Shown piece after piece: positions 30,204 to 40,723 of a stretch of DNA of 64,000 bases. Origin of the DNA: an uncultured Micavibrio sp. (GTDB lineage Bacteria; Pseudomonadota; Alphaproteobacteria; Micavibrionales; Micavibrionaceae). A program made the translations under genes and the position numbers. The notes beneath the pieces were generated by a model. It saw only the letters and a program-made list of their open reading frames with translations, was not told the DNA's origin and made no database searches. The stretch covers positions 39,168-103,167 of the forward strand of contig CAYGJS010000003.1 of the NCBI GenBank assembly GCA_964350435.1, in the 5' to 3' direction. The number at the start of each line of letters is the position of its first letter. Positions within the stretch are counted from its first letter, which is position 1.

Positions 30204-31388
30204 TCAAAGGTTCAGGGATATTGTAACAATGGCCTGTGCGGCGATGCCCTCGCCGCGGCCTGTAAAGCCGAGGGTTTCTGTTGTGGTGGCTTTTATATTG
30301 ATACGGTTTTTGGTGACGGCGCAGATTTCAGCAATTCGAGCGCGCATATTTTCTGCGTGGGGTGTGATTTTAGGTTGCTCGCAGATCAGCGTGAGGTCGG
30401 CGTTTATCAGCGCGCCGCCTTCATCACGGAGCATCTGCATTGCTTTTTCAAGGAATATGGCGCTGTCCATGTTCTTGAAAGTGTTATCGGATGGCGGGAA
30501 ATGGCGGCCTATGTCCCCTTGCCCGATCGCGCCAAGAATGGCGTCTGTCAGTGCGTGCAGTCCAACATCAGCGTCTGAGTGACCTTTGAGGGCTTTTGTA
30601 TGCGGGATATCTATGCCGCAAAGACGGATGGAACCCGATTTGCTTTCGTCAAAGCCATGCACGTCAAAGCCCATGCCTGTGCGGGTCTCTGCTTTTGTGT
30701 TTAGAATGGTTTCGGCCATTTCGAAATCTTCTGCGTGGGTTATTTTTATATTGGTGGTTTTGCCTGTCACCAGTTTTACAGGAATTCCGATGGCAGAAAC
30801 AAGGGTGGTGTCGTCGGTATAAGTTTCATTGGGCAGTGCTAATTCGTGTGCTTTCAGGATATCGCCGTATCTGAAGGCTTGCGGGGTTTGTAAGTTCCAT
30901 AAATTTTCCCGGTTTAATGCTTCTCCAGTATGCGTATCCTGGGCGCGGGTAATTGTTCCAGACAGAGGAATTGCAAGTGTTGCAGCGCGGCTTGATTCAA
31001 GGGCGTCGAGAAGGTCGTCGATTTCGGCGTGAGTGAGGCAAGGACGCGCAGCATCATGGATCAGAATTAATTCATCATCTGGAATATTAGAAAAACTTTT
31101 TAAGCCATTAAAAACACTTAAATTTCTACTATTTGATCCTATTGTATATGGTTCAATTTCAAGCCCGTTTACGGCAGCATGATACGATTTTGCATCATCG
31201 GGATGGATCACAATCCGCACAGATTTGCAGGCGCTGTGGGTTTGGAGGGCTTCAGCGGCGTGGCGGAGGATGGTTTTTCCTGCGATTTTCATATATTGTT
31301 TGGGCGTTTCGTTTGCCATACGAGCGCCGCGCCCTGCGGCGACTATCAGGGCATGGAATTTTTGGTTTTGGTCTGGTTGCTTCGGCAA
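30204..31388 (-). CDS. ispDF: bifunctional 2-C-methyl-D-erythritol 4-phosphate cytidylyltransferase / 2-C-methyl-D-erythritol 2,4-cyclodiphosphate synthase
   Basis: 394 aa. IspD N-half (ALIVAAGRGARM) and IspF C-half (GMGFDVHGF...GHSDADVGLHAL). Confidence 0.95.
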   Translation of the reverse strand: MPKQPDQNQKFHALIVAAGRGARMANETPKQYMKIAGKTILRHAAEALQTHSACKSVRIVIHPDDAKSYHAAVNGLEIEPYTIGSNSRNLSVFNGLKSFSNIPDDELILIHDAARPCLTHAEIDDLLDALESSRAATLAIPLSGTITRAQDTHTGEALNRENLWNLQTPQAFRYGDILKAHELALPNETYTDDTTLVSAIGIPVKLVTGKTTNIKITHAEDFEMAETILNTKAETRTGMGFDVHGFDESKSGSIRLCGIDIPHTKALKGHSDADVGLHALTDAILGAIGQGDIGRHFPPSDNTFKNMDSAIFLEKAMQMLRDEGGALINADLTLICEQPKITPHAENMRARIAEICAVTKNRINIKATTTETLGFTGRGEGIAAQAIVTISLNL

Positions 31389-31561
31389 TGTAGTCGTCCT
31401 TGCAATTTCTGTACGTTTTAGCGTAAAAACTGTGGGTAGCCCTTTGCTTTAAACGGTTTAACAGATATCAGGCTTGTTTTGAACGGAAAAGACATTAAAA
31501 CAAATATTTACAATTCGCGCAGGTTTTTCGCAGAATCTTTATGTTTTAGAAAGGGGCATTC

Positions 31562-33868
31562 GTGAGCTTTTTTGCAGATTATGTTCCCTCCTTTTTAAAT
31601 CGTAATGCTGTGCAACCTGTTTCGCGGCGTAAAACCGTGCAGGGTGTGCGTCGTTTTCGCACGCGGCTTTGGAATAATCGTTTGGCGTTGTTTTTGCTGA
31701 TTGCCTCGCTTTTGAGCGGGGTGGCGACGTATGCCGCGCTTACTGAGCGGCCCCCATTCGGCAGTGACCCGAATACGATTATCTGGCTTCTTAATCTTGA
31801 TCTGGTGCTTGTGCTGGGGCTTGTGGTTTTGGTGGCGCGGCGGATTGTGGGGCTTTGGAGTGGACGTAAACGCGGCCTTGCAGGTTCTCATCTTCATGTA
31901 CGCCTTGTGTTTATTTTCAGTATTCTGGCGGCTGCGCCCGCGATTATCATGACCGTGTTTTCGGCGTTTTTCTTTCATTTCGGGATTCAGACCTGGTTTA
32001 GCGAGCGGGTGAGCACAGCCGTGAATGAAAGCCAAGCGGTGGCGCAGGCGTATCTGGAGGAGCATACGCAGGTGATCCGCGCGGATACTTTGGCGATGGC
32101 GAATGATTTGAACCGTCAGGCGATGCTGTTTGTGTCCAATGAAGAGGCACTTGAGCGGATTGTGAATACGCAGTCGATCTTGCGGAATTTATCCGAGGTG
32201 ATTGTTTTTGATTCTTCGGGCCGTGTGCTGGCGCGCTCTGGCCTTACCTTTTCATTGGAGTTTGAAGAGATCCCGTCTTATGCGCTGGAGAATGCGGGTG
32301 AGGGTGATGTGGTGATTATGACGGGGCAGAATGATGACCGCGTGCGCGCCCTTGTGAAGCTTGAGAATTTTATTGACACATATTTGTTTGTTGGGCGGAT
32401 GATTGATCCGAAGGTGCTTTCGCATTTGGATGCGACGAAAAAGGCGACCAAGGATTATGCGGATTTGCAGACCCGCTATTCGGGGTTGCAGGTCACGGTG
32501 ACGATGATCTTTGTGGTTGTTGGTTTGCTATTGCTGGTGACGGCTATCTGGCTGGGGCTGGTGCTGGCGCGGCAGCTTGTTGCGCCGATTACGCAGCTCA
32601 TTACCACGGCGGATAGTGTGCGGGCGGGGGATTTGGCGGCGCGGGTGCCGGAGGATAGCCGTTTTGAGGAATTTGATTATCTGGCGCAATCGTTCAACCG
32701 GATGACGCGGCAAATTCAGGAACAGCAGAATGAATTGATTAATGCGAACAGGCAGCTGGATCAGCGCAGACATTTCACGGAAACGGTTTTGACAGGCGTG
32801 TCTTCGGGGGTTGTGGGGCTGGATGAGCATGACAAGATCACGATTGTGAATAATGCGGCGTGTGAGATGTTGCAGCTTGAGCGGAAACAGCTTTTCGGGC
32901 AGCGGGCAACGCGGATGCTGCCGGAGCTGCGGATGCTTTTGCAAAAGGCGCGGAAGAACCCGGATAGGGTTACGCAAGGTGAGCTTTCGGTCAGTATGCC
33001 TGATGAAACTATGCGCATTTTTCTTATTCGTTTGGCGATTGAGAATTTGGGCGATCAGGAGCGCGGGGTTGTTGTCACGTTTGATGATATGACCGAGCTG
33101 CAAGCAGCGCAGCGCAAGGCGGCGTGGTCGGATGTGGCGCGCAGGATTGCCCATGAGATCAAGAACCCGTTGACGCCCATCCAGCTCTCGGCAGAGAGGC
33201 TCAAACGCCGTTATCTTGAGCAGATCAAGGATGATCCTGAAACCTTTATTCAGTGCACGGATACGATTATCAAGCATGTTGGGGATATTGGGTATATGGT
33301 GAACGAGTTTTCGGCTTTTGCCCGTATGCCGGAGCCTGTTTTAGTTAAAGCCAGCCTAAGCAGGCAGATTCAAGACGCGCTGTTTTTGCATAAGCAGGCG
33401 CATAGTGATGTGGCTATTCATTTTAAAGTGCCGAAAGAGGGGGGGGTTGAATCGTTGATTGACGCACAGCAAATTCGTCAGGCAGTGAATAATCTTATTC
33501 AAAATGCGATTGATTCTGTGCAGATGCGGGCGGACGTTATGCTCGATGAAGACTATCAGGGGCGGGTGGATGTGATTTTGGGTTGCGGCGAAAAAGACAG
33601 CATTTTCATTGCTGTGTGTGATAATGGGCTGGGTTTTCCGGAAAATGTTATTAAAGACAAGTTGATGGATCCATATGTCACTCATAAGGCCAAAGGGACA
33701 GGTTTGGGGTTAGCTATTGTGAAAAAGATTATGGAGGATCATAATGGAGAAATTCGATTGGGCGCGCCGGAGTGGCTTTTGAAGCATCCGCAGTGGGCCG
33801 ATCTTTCGGGCGCGTGCGTTGTTTTGACGTTGCCTGCTCTGGATAAAACAGTCAAAAGGGTAGCATGA
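31562..33868 (+). CDS. ntrY: NtrY-type sensor histidine kinase (TM-HAMP-PAS-HisKA-HATPase)
   Basis: 768 aa with a GTG start. N-terminal TM helices, H-box ARRIAHEIKNPLTPI, G-boxes DNGLGF and GTGLGLAIV. Followed by ntrX. Confidence 0.9.
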   Translation: MSFFADYVPSFLNRNAVQPVSRRKTVQGVRRFRTRLWNNRLALFLLIASLLSGVATYAALTERPPFGSDPNTIIWLLNLDLVLVLGLVVLVARRIVGLWSGRKRGLAGSHLHVRLVFIFSILAAAPAIIMTVFSAFFFHFGIQTWFSERVSTAVNESQAVAQAYLEEHTQVIRADTLAMANDLNRQAMLFVSNEEALERIVNTQSILRNLSEVIVFDSSGRVLARSGLTFSLEFEEIPSYALENAGEGDVVIMTGQNDDRVRALVKLENFIDTYLFVGRMIDPKVLSHLDATKKATKDYADLQTRYSGLQVTVTMIFVVVGLLLLVTAIWLGLVLARQLVAPITQLITTADSVRAGDLAARVPEDSRFEEFDYLAQSFNRMTRQIQEQQNELINANRQLDQRRHFTETVLTGVSSGVVGLDEHDKITIVNNAACEMLQLERKQLFGQRATRMLPELRMLLQKARKNPDRVTQGELSVSMPDETMRIFLIRLAIENLGDQERGVVVTFDDMTELQAAQRKAAWSDVARRIAHEIKNPLTPIQLSAERLKRRYLEQIKDDPETFIQCTDTIIKHVGDIGYMVNEFSAFARMPEPVLVKASLSRQIQDALFLHKQAHSDVAIHFKVPKEGGVESLIDAQQIRQAVNNLIQNAIDSVQMRADVMLDEDYQGRVDVILGCGEKDSIFIAVCDNGLGFPENVIKDKLMDPYVTHKAKGTGLGLAIVKKIMEDHNGEIRLGAPEWLLKHPQWADLSGACVVLTLPALDKTVKRVA

Positions 33869-35310
33869 GCGCTGATATTCTCATAGTTGATGACGAGGAA
33901 GACATCCGTAATCTGATCCAGGGGATTTTGGAGGATGAGGGGTATGAGACTCGCGTTGCTGCGAGTGCGTTTGAGGCTTATAGGGCAATCAATGAACGCA
34001 CGCCGTCTCTGGTTGTTCAGGATATATGGCTTCAGGGCGGAGAGGATGACGGGCTGGCGATTTTGAAAAAGATCAAGGAGCAGTATCCGTATTTACCGTT
34101 TTTGATGATTAGCGGGCATGGGACAATTGAAACCGCGGTGTCGGCGATTCAAGACGGAGCGTATGACTTTATTGAAAAGCCGTTTAAATCGGATCGGTTG
34201 ATTTTGATGATTCAGCGGGCGCTGGAAAATGCCAGTTTGAAAAAAGAGAATGCGGTGCTTAAAAAACAGGCTCAAAAACCTGTGGCTTTGATTGGGGATT
34301 CTGCGCATGTTCAGGGCTTGAAGCAAATTATTGGGCGCGTGGCCGATACGAATAGCCGGGTTTTGATTACAGGAGAGCAGGGCACGGGGAAGGATATTGT
34401 GGCGCGTATGATTCACGGGCAGTCGGATCGAGCGCAGGGGCCGTATATGTTGTTGAATTGTGCGACGCTTCGGCCTGAGCATCTGGAGCTGGAACTTTTT
34501 GGCCAAAGAGGCAGTGCGGTGGCGGCGGAACAAACCGGGCTTTTGGAGCAGGCCGATGGCGGAACTCTTCTTCTTGACGAGGTTGGCGATATGCCGCTTG
34601 AGACGCAGACTAAAATTGTTCGCGTTCTTCAGGAACAGCGTTTTCAGAAGATAGGGTCGCAGGATTTTATCGAGGTGGATCTGCGGATTTTGGCTTCGAC
34701 GCATAAAGATTTGCAAGCGTTGATGGAGGCGGGGTGTTTTCGGCAGGATTTGTATTACCGTTTGAATGTGGTGCCGATTTTGATTCCATCATTAAGAGAG
34801 CGTAAGACCGATATTGAAGCGTTTTGTCAGTTTTTTCTTGCGGATGTTTCGGGGCATGCGGCTGTTAAGCCCCTGGCGTTTTCGGATAAGGCTTTGCGGA
34901 TTTTGCGCGGGTATGACTGGCCGGGGAATATTCGTCAGCTTCGCAATGTGATCGAGTGGATTACGATTATGCACGGTGTCCCGGATGACGGTTTTTATGG
35001 GCTAGAGCATTTGCCGCCTGAAATTCAGAGCGGGGCGGCCGCCTCCAGCAATTTTGTCGAGAGCCATGGGGCAGATGATTATATGGAGATGTCGCTGCGG
35101 GAGGCGCGGGAGGCGTTTGAAACCTCTTATTTAACATCGCAGGTGGAGCGGTTTGAGGGTAATATTTCCAGGACGGCGCAGTTTGTGGGGATGGAGCGGA
35201 GCGCGCTGCACCGGAAGCTAAAATCGCTTGATATTCTGGGTAAGGATAAGGAAGAAGATGAGGGTGATAATACCGTTCGTCTTGCTGATACAAAGTTTAA
35301 AAGGGCGTAA
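33865..35310 (+). CDS. ntrX: NtrX-type sigma-54-dependent response regulator
   Basis: 481 aa. Receiver domain (ILIVDDEEDIR), AAA+ domain (GEQGTGKD, LLLDEVGDM), C-terminal HTH. Confidence 0.9.
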   Translation: MSADILIVDDEEDIRNLIQGILEDEGYETRVAASAFEAYRAINERTPSLVVQDIWLQGGEDDGLAILKKIKEQYPYLPFLMISGHGTIETAVSAIQDGAYDFIEKPFKSDRLILMIQRALENASLKKENAVLKKQAQKPVALIGDSAHVQGLKQIIGRVADTNSRVLITGEQGTGKDIVARMIHGQSDRAQGPYMLLNCATLRPEHLELELFGQRGSAVAAEQTGLLEQADGGTLLLDEVGDMPLETQTKIVRVLQEQRFQKIGSQDFIEVDLRILASTHKDLQALMEAGCFRQDLYYRLNVVPILIPSLRERKTDIEAFCQFFLADVSGHAAVKPLAFSDKALRILRGYDWPGNIRQLRNVIEWITIMHGVPDDGFYGLEHLPPEIQSGAAASSNFVESHGADDYMEMSLREAREAFETSYLTSQVERFEGNISRTAQFVGMERSALHRKLKSLDILGKDKEEDEGDNTVRLADTKFKRA

Positions 35311-35313
35311 AAT

Positions 35314-36690
35314 ATGCGGGTTATTATTTGTGGGGCGGGTCAGGTTGGATACAGCATTGCGGCGTATCTGGCGCGTGAGGAGAATGACGTTACGGTGGTG
35401 GATAATCAACGCAAGATGATTGCGCGGATTAAGGACGAGCTGGATGTGAATACGGTTTATGGGCATGCGTCAAACCCCGATATTCTCAAGGCTGCGGGCG
35501 CGAATGATGCGGATATGATTGTTGCGGTGACGCAGAGTGATGAGATTAATATGGTGGCGTGCCAGATCGGGCATTCGCTGTTCGGTATTCCGAAGAAGAT
35601 TGCACGGGTGCGGGAGCAGGCGTATTTGAAGCCGGAATGGTCGAATTTGTTTTCACGGGCGCATATGCCGATTGACGAGATTATCTCGCCGGAGGTTGTG
35701 ATTGCCAAGGATATCTATCAGCGTCTGGCGGTTCCTGGCACTACATATGTCAATGTTTTGGCGGAGGGGCTGGCTTATATGATTGGGGTGATCTGTGAGG
35801 AGGATTGTCCGGTGATTCATACGCCGCTTGGGCAGCTTCATCATTTATTCCCTGATTTGTCGTTTCAGGTGCTTTCGATTTTGCGGAATAACAAGCCGAT
35901 TATCCCTGATGAGGATGATGAGCTTCTGGTTGGGGACGAGGTTTTCTTTATTGTTGATACGCAGCATTTGAAGCGGACTCTGGCGGCGTTCGGGCATGTT
36001 GAAAAACCGGCGCGCCGTATCGTGATTGCGGGCGGGGGGAATATTGGTTTTGGTTTGACAAAACTTATTCTGGACAATCAAAAGGGTGTTCAAATCAAGA
36101 TGATCGAGGACAGCCCGCACCGCGCGGAATATTTAAGCGAAAATCTTGATCATGTGATTGTTTTGAATGGCAGTGCCCTGGATAAGGCCATTTTGGAGGA
36201 GGGCGGCATTGCCAATGTTGATACTCTGATTGCCGTGACCAATGATGATGAGAGCAATATTTTATGTTCATTGCTTGCCAAGCAATATGGGTGCGACCGG
36301 GTGATTACGCTTGTGAATAATGATGTGTATTCCCCGCTTGTCGGGCCTTTGGGGGTCGATGCTCTTGTGTCGCCGCGTTCGATTATTGTGGCGAGCATCA
36401 TGCAGCATGTACGCAGGGGGCGTATTCGCGGGCTTTACAATTTGCGCGATGGGTTTGCAGAGCTTTTGGAGGCGGAAGTTTCCGAGAATTCCTCGATTGT
36501 TAACAGCACTATTGAGGATCTTAATTTATCGCATGAGGTTGTTGTTGGTGCGATCATCCGTGATGAGAAATTTATGATGCCGGAGGCGGATCTGAAAATT
36601 CTGGCCAAGGATGTGGTGATTGTTTTGGCGGCAAGGTCGCAGGCGCATCATGTTGAAAAGATGTTCTCTGTGCAGGTGGATTTGTTCTAA
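35314..36690 (+). CDS. trkA: Trk system potassium uptake protein TrkA
   Basis: 458 aa. Two RCK-N/RCK-C repeats (MRVIICGAGQVG; IAGGGNIG). Confidence 0.92.
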   Translation: MRVIICGAGQVGYSIAAYLAREENDVTVVDNQRKMIARIKDELDVNTVYGHASNPDILKAAGANDADMIVAVTQSDEINMVACQIGHSLFGIPKKIARVREQAYLKPEWSNLFSRAHMPIDEIISPEVVIAKDIYQRLAVPGTTYVNVLAEGLAYMIGVICEEDCPVIHTPLGQLHHLFPDLSFQVLSILRNNKPIIPDEDDELLVGDEVFFIVDTQHLKRTLAAFGHVEKPARRIVIAGGGNIGFGLTKLILDNQKGVQIKMIEDSPHRAEYLSENLDHVIVLNGSALDKAILEEGGIANVDTLIAVTNDDESNILCSLLAKQYGCDRVITLVNNDVYSPLVGPLGVDALVSPRSIIVASIMQHVRRGRIRGLYNLRDGFAELLEAEVSENSSIVNSTIEDLNLSHEVVVGAIIRDEKFMMPEADLKILAKDVVIVLAARSQAHHVEKMFSVQVDLF

Positions 36691-36692
36691 TC

Positions 36693-37505
36693 ATGCTTTC
36701 TTCCATGAAATTGGGTGTGTTTGATTCCGGTTTGGGCGGGATTTTGATTGCTAAATCCATCCGTGAGGCTTTTCCGGATATTGATATGGTGTATTTGGGT
36801 GATACGCTGCATTTACCATATGGCAATCGCAGTGAAGATGCAATTTATGCGTATTCCAAGGCGTGTATGGACGCTTTGTTTGGGATGGGCTGTAATCTGA
36901 TTATTATGGCCTGCAATACGGCGAGCGCGTCGGCGCTGCGGCGTTTGCAGCAGGAGTATTTGCCGCAGGCTTACCCTGAGCGGAGAATACTCGGCGTTGT
37001 CGTGCCAACGGTGGAAGAAGCGATTGAGCGCGGCTATGAGCGGATTGGGGTAATTGCGACGAATTATACAGTGAACTCGAATATTTACGGCTTTGAATTG
37101 CAGAAAATAAATCCGGAGATTTCCATTCAGCAAGTGAGTACGCCTTTGCTGGTGCCGATGATAGAACATGGCGGTGAGGCTTGGCTTGATGAGGTTTTGG
37201 CGTCGTATCTTCAAGAATTTAATGACATTCAGGCATTGCTTTTGAGCTGTACGCATTATGTGCATCTCAAGGATCGGATTCGCGGGGCGTACGGGTTTGA
37301 AGTTTTATCTCAGGACGAGATTATCCCGAAGAAACTGGGGCAATATTTTGACAAGCATCCGGAGATTTTTGATCCCATTGGGCAAGGAGGGCAGTCGCAG
37401 TTTTACGTGACGGATTATACGAAGAATATTCATGAGAATGCTTCGTCGCTTTATGGGGCGGCGGTGGATTTGCAAATTTTAGAAGGTGTGCATGGATATG
37501 CTTAA
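36693..37505 (+). CDS. murI: glutamate racemase
   Basis: 270 aa. FDSGLGG, ACNTAS and CTHY motifs. Confidence 0.92.
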   Translation: MLSSMKLGVFDSGLGGILIAKSIREAFPDIDMVYLGDTLHLPYGNRSEDAIYAYSKACMDALFGMGCNLIIMACNTASASALRRLQQEYLPQAYPERRILGVVVPTVEEAIERGYERIGVIATNYTVNSNIYGFELQKINPEISIQQVSTPLLVPMIEHGGEAWLDEVLASYLQEFNDIQALLLSCTHYVHLKDRIRGAYGFEVLSQDEIIPKKLGQYFDKHPEIFDPIGQGGQSQFYVTDYTKNIHENASSLYGAAVDLQILEGVHGYA

Positions 37506-38172
37506 TCTGCCCAAGGCGGTGTTTTTTGATTGGGACGGGACGTTGGTTGATAGTTTCGGGTTTTTGCATGCTGCGCATAATCATGCGCGGGTTTCATTGG
37601 GCATGGAATCCTTCAGCATTGAGGATTTTAGAGGGTATTTCGGGCAGCCGCGCGAGATTCTCTATACCAGGGTTTACGGTGAAAAGCGCGATCAGGCGAA
37701 GGAGTATTTCGAGGATTTTGTGTTCGGGCACTACAAAGAGCATTTGAAGCCTCTGCCGATGGCGGTTGAGGTTTTGCAGTGGTTTAAGGCGGCAGGCATA
37801 CCGTGCGGCGTGGTGAGTAATAAAAAGCGTGAGTTGATTAATGCCGAGATTGAGAATTATGGCTGGGGGGATTATTTCTGCGCAGTTGTTGGTGCGGCAG
37901 AAGCGGCGGAGGATAAGCCATCGCCTGCTCCGCTTGCTTTGGGCTTGATAAGAGCGGGGATTGAGGCCGATCCGCAGGAGATTTGGTTTGTCGGGGATAC
38001 CGATAATGATTTGGCTTGCGGTAATGATTATGGGGCCGTTTGTGTGTTTTTGGAGTCTCATGAACTCTATAATAAAGTTTCCCAAAGTTACCGCATTGAT
38101 TTGCATAAAGAAAATTGCGCGGGTTTTTACGATTTTTTGTTGCAATATCATACAAAAGCAGTAAAACCGTGA
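37492..38172 (+). CDS. HAD family hydrolase (phosphoglycolate phosphatase-like)
   Basis: Motif I FDWDGTLVDS, motif II VSNK, motif IV GDTDNDLACG. Confidence 0.8.
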   Translation: MDMLNLPKAVFFDWDGTLVDSFGFLHAAHNHARVSLGMESFSIEDFRGYFGQPREILYTRVYGEKRDQAKEYFEDFVFGHYKEHLKPLPMAVEVLQWFKAAGIPCGVVSNKKRELINAEIENYGWGDYFCAVVGAAEAAEDKPSPAPLALGLIRAGIEADPQEIWFVGDTDNDLACGNDYGAVCVFLESHELYNKVSQSYRIDLHKENCAGFYDFLLQYHTKAVKP

Positions 38173-38228
38173 CAGGGTGGGGATAAAACTCTATATATTA
38201 GAATGTCTTAATTAAGGAAAAGAACAAA

Positions 38229-38519
38229 ATGGGTGAAAAAATACAGAGCGTTCAGGATGTTTTTCTGAATAAAATCCGTAAAGAGAAAATGTCTGTAACG
38301 GTATTTTTGGTGAATGGCGTAAAATTGCAGGGTGTCGTGACATGGTTTGATAATTTCAGCATGCTTTTGCGCCGTGAATCTCACATTCAGCTTGTTTATA
38401 AACATGCAATTTCTACAATTATGCCCGGTGGTCCTTTGAATCTTCACGATGACGAGGAAGAGCGTAAGGCCAATGCCGCAAAACGCGCTGAAGATCAAGA
38501 CGCGGAAGGCGACGAATAG
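38229..38519 (+). CDS. hfq: RNA chaperone Hfq
   Basis: 96 aa. Sm1/Sm2 motifs [25 protein letters not shown]...[13 protein letters not shown] and an acidic C-terminal tail. Confidence 0.97.
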   Translation: MGEKIQSVQDVFLNKIRKEKMSVTVFLVNGVKLQGVVTWFDNFSMLLRRESHIQLVYKHAISTIMPGGPLNLHDDEEERKANAAKRAEDQDAEGDE

Positions 38520-38523
38520 TCCT

Positions 38524-39819
38524 TTGTTTTCCAGTATCATAGAGCCGGAGAAGGCACTTGTCCTCCATCCTGATGTTTCGGGGCGCGCGCTTTCGCGCAG
38601 TGCTGAATCTGCCTTAGAAGAAATTGTCAGTTTGACGCGCGCCATTTCACTGGATGTTGTGGGGGCGCGGATTTTTTCTGTTGGCCGTGTGCAGGCGGGG
38701 GCGTTTTTCGGCAAGGGGCAGCGCGAGATGATGGCTGAGGCGGTTGAGAGGCTGGAGGCCGATATCGTCATTGTAAACACGGCACTTTCCCCGGTGCAGC
38801 AGCGCAACCTTGAAAAAGAACTGAATTGTAAGGTGATTGACCGCACCGGTCTTATTCTTGAAATTTTCGGCGCGCGGGCGCAGACCAAGGAAGGGCGATT
38901 GCAGGTGGAGCTTGCAGCGCTTGATTATCAACGCTCGCGGCTTGTGCGGTCCTGGACGCATTTGGAGCGTCAGCGCGGTGGAGCGGGCTTTATGGGCGGC
39001 CCGGGGGAGCGGCAGATTGAGCTGGACCGGCGGATTATTTCCACGCGGCTCAGCAAGCTTAAGAAAGAGCTGGAGGAGGTGCGCCGCACACGTACACTTG
39101 GCCGTAAGGCGCGGGCGCAGGTTCCGTTTCCTGTTGTGGCGGTTGTAGGGTATACGAACGCCGGTAAATCGACGCTTTTTAACCGTTTGACGGGCGCGAA
39201 GGTGTTTGCCGAGGATTTATTGTTTGCAACGCTTGACCCCACTTTGCGTCAAATGGAACTCCCTACAGGGCAAAAGATTATTTTTTCCGATACGGTTGGG
39301 TTTATTTCTGATTTGCCAACGCATCTGATTGCGGCTTTCCGCGCCACTCTGGAAGAGGCTTTGGGCGCGGATATCATATTGCATGTCTGCGATCTTTCTG
39401 ACGCGGAATATGCGGCGCAGCGGCAAGACGTGATAGAGATTCTTGAGAGTTTGGATATCAAATATGACGAAGATCCACGGGTGATTGAGGTTTACAATAA
39501 GGCCGATGTCGCGCCGGAAGATTTGGTCTGGGATATGGCGCGTAAGACAAAATTTGATGATGGCGCGGTTATGATTTCTGCGCAGACAGGGCAGGGGATT
39601 GATGTTTTGCTTGAGCGTTTGGCGAAGAAACTCTCAAAAACGCATAGTCGCGTGCGTTTTGATGTTCCCTATAAAGATGGGCAGGCACTTTCGTGGCTTT
39701 ATGAGCATGCAGAGGTTTTGGAGCGCGAAGATCAGGAAAAGGCGGTGCATTGCGTTGTCCGCATTGCACCGGATGATCTTTCGATTTTTGAGAAGCGTTT
39801 CGGGTATAAAGCCGCTTAG
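38524..39819 (+). CDS. hflX: GTPase HflX
   Basis: G-domain motifs GYTNAGKST, DTVGF and NKAD. The track ORF 38449.. overlaps hfq by 71 nt. A TTG at 38524, just after the hfq stop, is the likelier start. Confidence 0.88.
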   Translation: MFSSIIEPEKALVLHPDVSGRALSRSAESALEEIVSLTRAISLDVVGARIFSVGRVQAGAFFGKGQREMMAEAVERLEADIVIVNTALSPVQQRNLEKELNCKVIDRTGLILEIFGARAQTKEGRLQVELAALDYQRSRLVRSWTHLERQRGGAGFMGGPGERQIELDRRIISTRLSKLKKELEEVRRTRTLGRKARAQVPFPVVAVVGYTNAGKSTLFNRLTGAKVFAEDLLFATLDPTLRQMELPTGQKIIFSDTVGFISDLPTHLIAAFRATLEEALGADIILHVCDLSDAEYAAQRQDVIEILESLDIKYDEDPRVIEVYNKADVAPEDLVWDMARKTKFDDGAVMISAQTGQGIDVLLERLAKKLSKTHSRVRFDVPYKDGQALSWLYEHAEVLEREDQEKAVHCVVRIAPDDLSIFEKRFGYKAA

Positions 39820-40622
39820 CGTTCTTGTTTTTTAACCCTCAGCCACGCGGCTTCCATATCTTGCAGAGTGCTTTGTGCCAGTGTTTTTCCTTGGGCGGTG
39901 ATATCAAGTTCCACGGCGCGGAAGCGGCGTTCAAATTTATCGTTACACTGACGCAGCGCGGTTTCGGGGTTTATGCCGCTCATGCGGGCGAGATTGGCGA
40001 CAACGAAGAGAAGGTCGCCGATTTCATCCGTCTTTTCGGCCATATTGCCTTTGGCGTATGCGTCTTTGAATTCGGCGAGTTCTTCATCAATTTTATCGAA
40101 TACGAAGCTTATATCCGGCCACTCAAACCCCGTTTTGGCGGCTTTTTTCTGGAGCTTTTGGGCGCGAAGAAGTGCCGGCAGGGCTTTTGTGACACCGTCC
40201 AAGGCGCTTCCTGATGGTTTTTCGGCGGCTTTCTTTTGATCCCATATCGCATTTACATCCTCGGCGGTATTTGCTTCGGCGCCGCCAAAGACATGCGGGT
40301 GGCGGTAGATCATTTTATCGCAGACATCGTGAATGACATCTTCGATGGTGAAGGCGTTTTCTTCAGATGCCATTTGCGCGTGGTATATGGGCTGGAGGAG
40401 GAGGTCGCCGAGTTCCTCGCGCAGGTCTTTCATATCACTGCGTTCGATCGCATCGGCGACTTCGTAGGCTTCTTCGATTGTGTATGGCGCGATTGATTTA
40501 AAATCCTGTTCCAGATCCCAGGGGCAACCACCGTCAGGATCACGCAATGCGGCCATAATGGCTATGAGCTTTTCTATAGGGTGCCTGTACGTCCTCGTCA
40601 CGATATCTTTTTTCATGTGCAT
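39816..40622 (-). CDS. mazG: nucleoside triphosphate pyrophosphohydrolase MazG
   Basis: 268 aa. Tandem MazG domains (EEAYEVADAIE...ELGDLLLQ; ELAEFKDA...EIGDLLFVV). Confidence 0.9.
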   Translation of the reverse strand: MHMKKDIVTRTYRHPIEKLIAIMAALRDPDGGCPWDLEQDFKSIAPYTIEEAYEVADAIERSDMKDLREELGDLLLQPIYHAQMASEENAFTIEDVIHDVCDKMIYRHPHVFGGAEANTAEDVNAIWDQKKAAEKPSGSALDGVTKALPALLRAQKLQKKAAKTGFEWPDISFVFDKIDEELAEFKDAYAKGNMAEKTDEIGDLLFVVANLARMSGINPETALRQCNDKFERRFRAVELDITAQGKTLAQSTLQDMEAAWLRVKKQER

Positions 40623-40723
40623 AGTTTAGAGCGGGTTTTAGGGCGTGTACAATATAATTGAAATGAAATACGATTGGGCTTGAGTTTTATTGTTATTTTA
40701 ATTGCTAGCCGCATAAATTCCTT

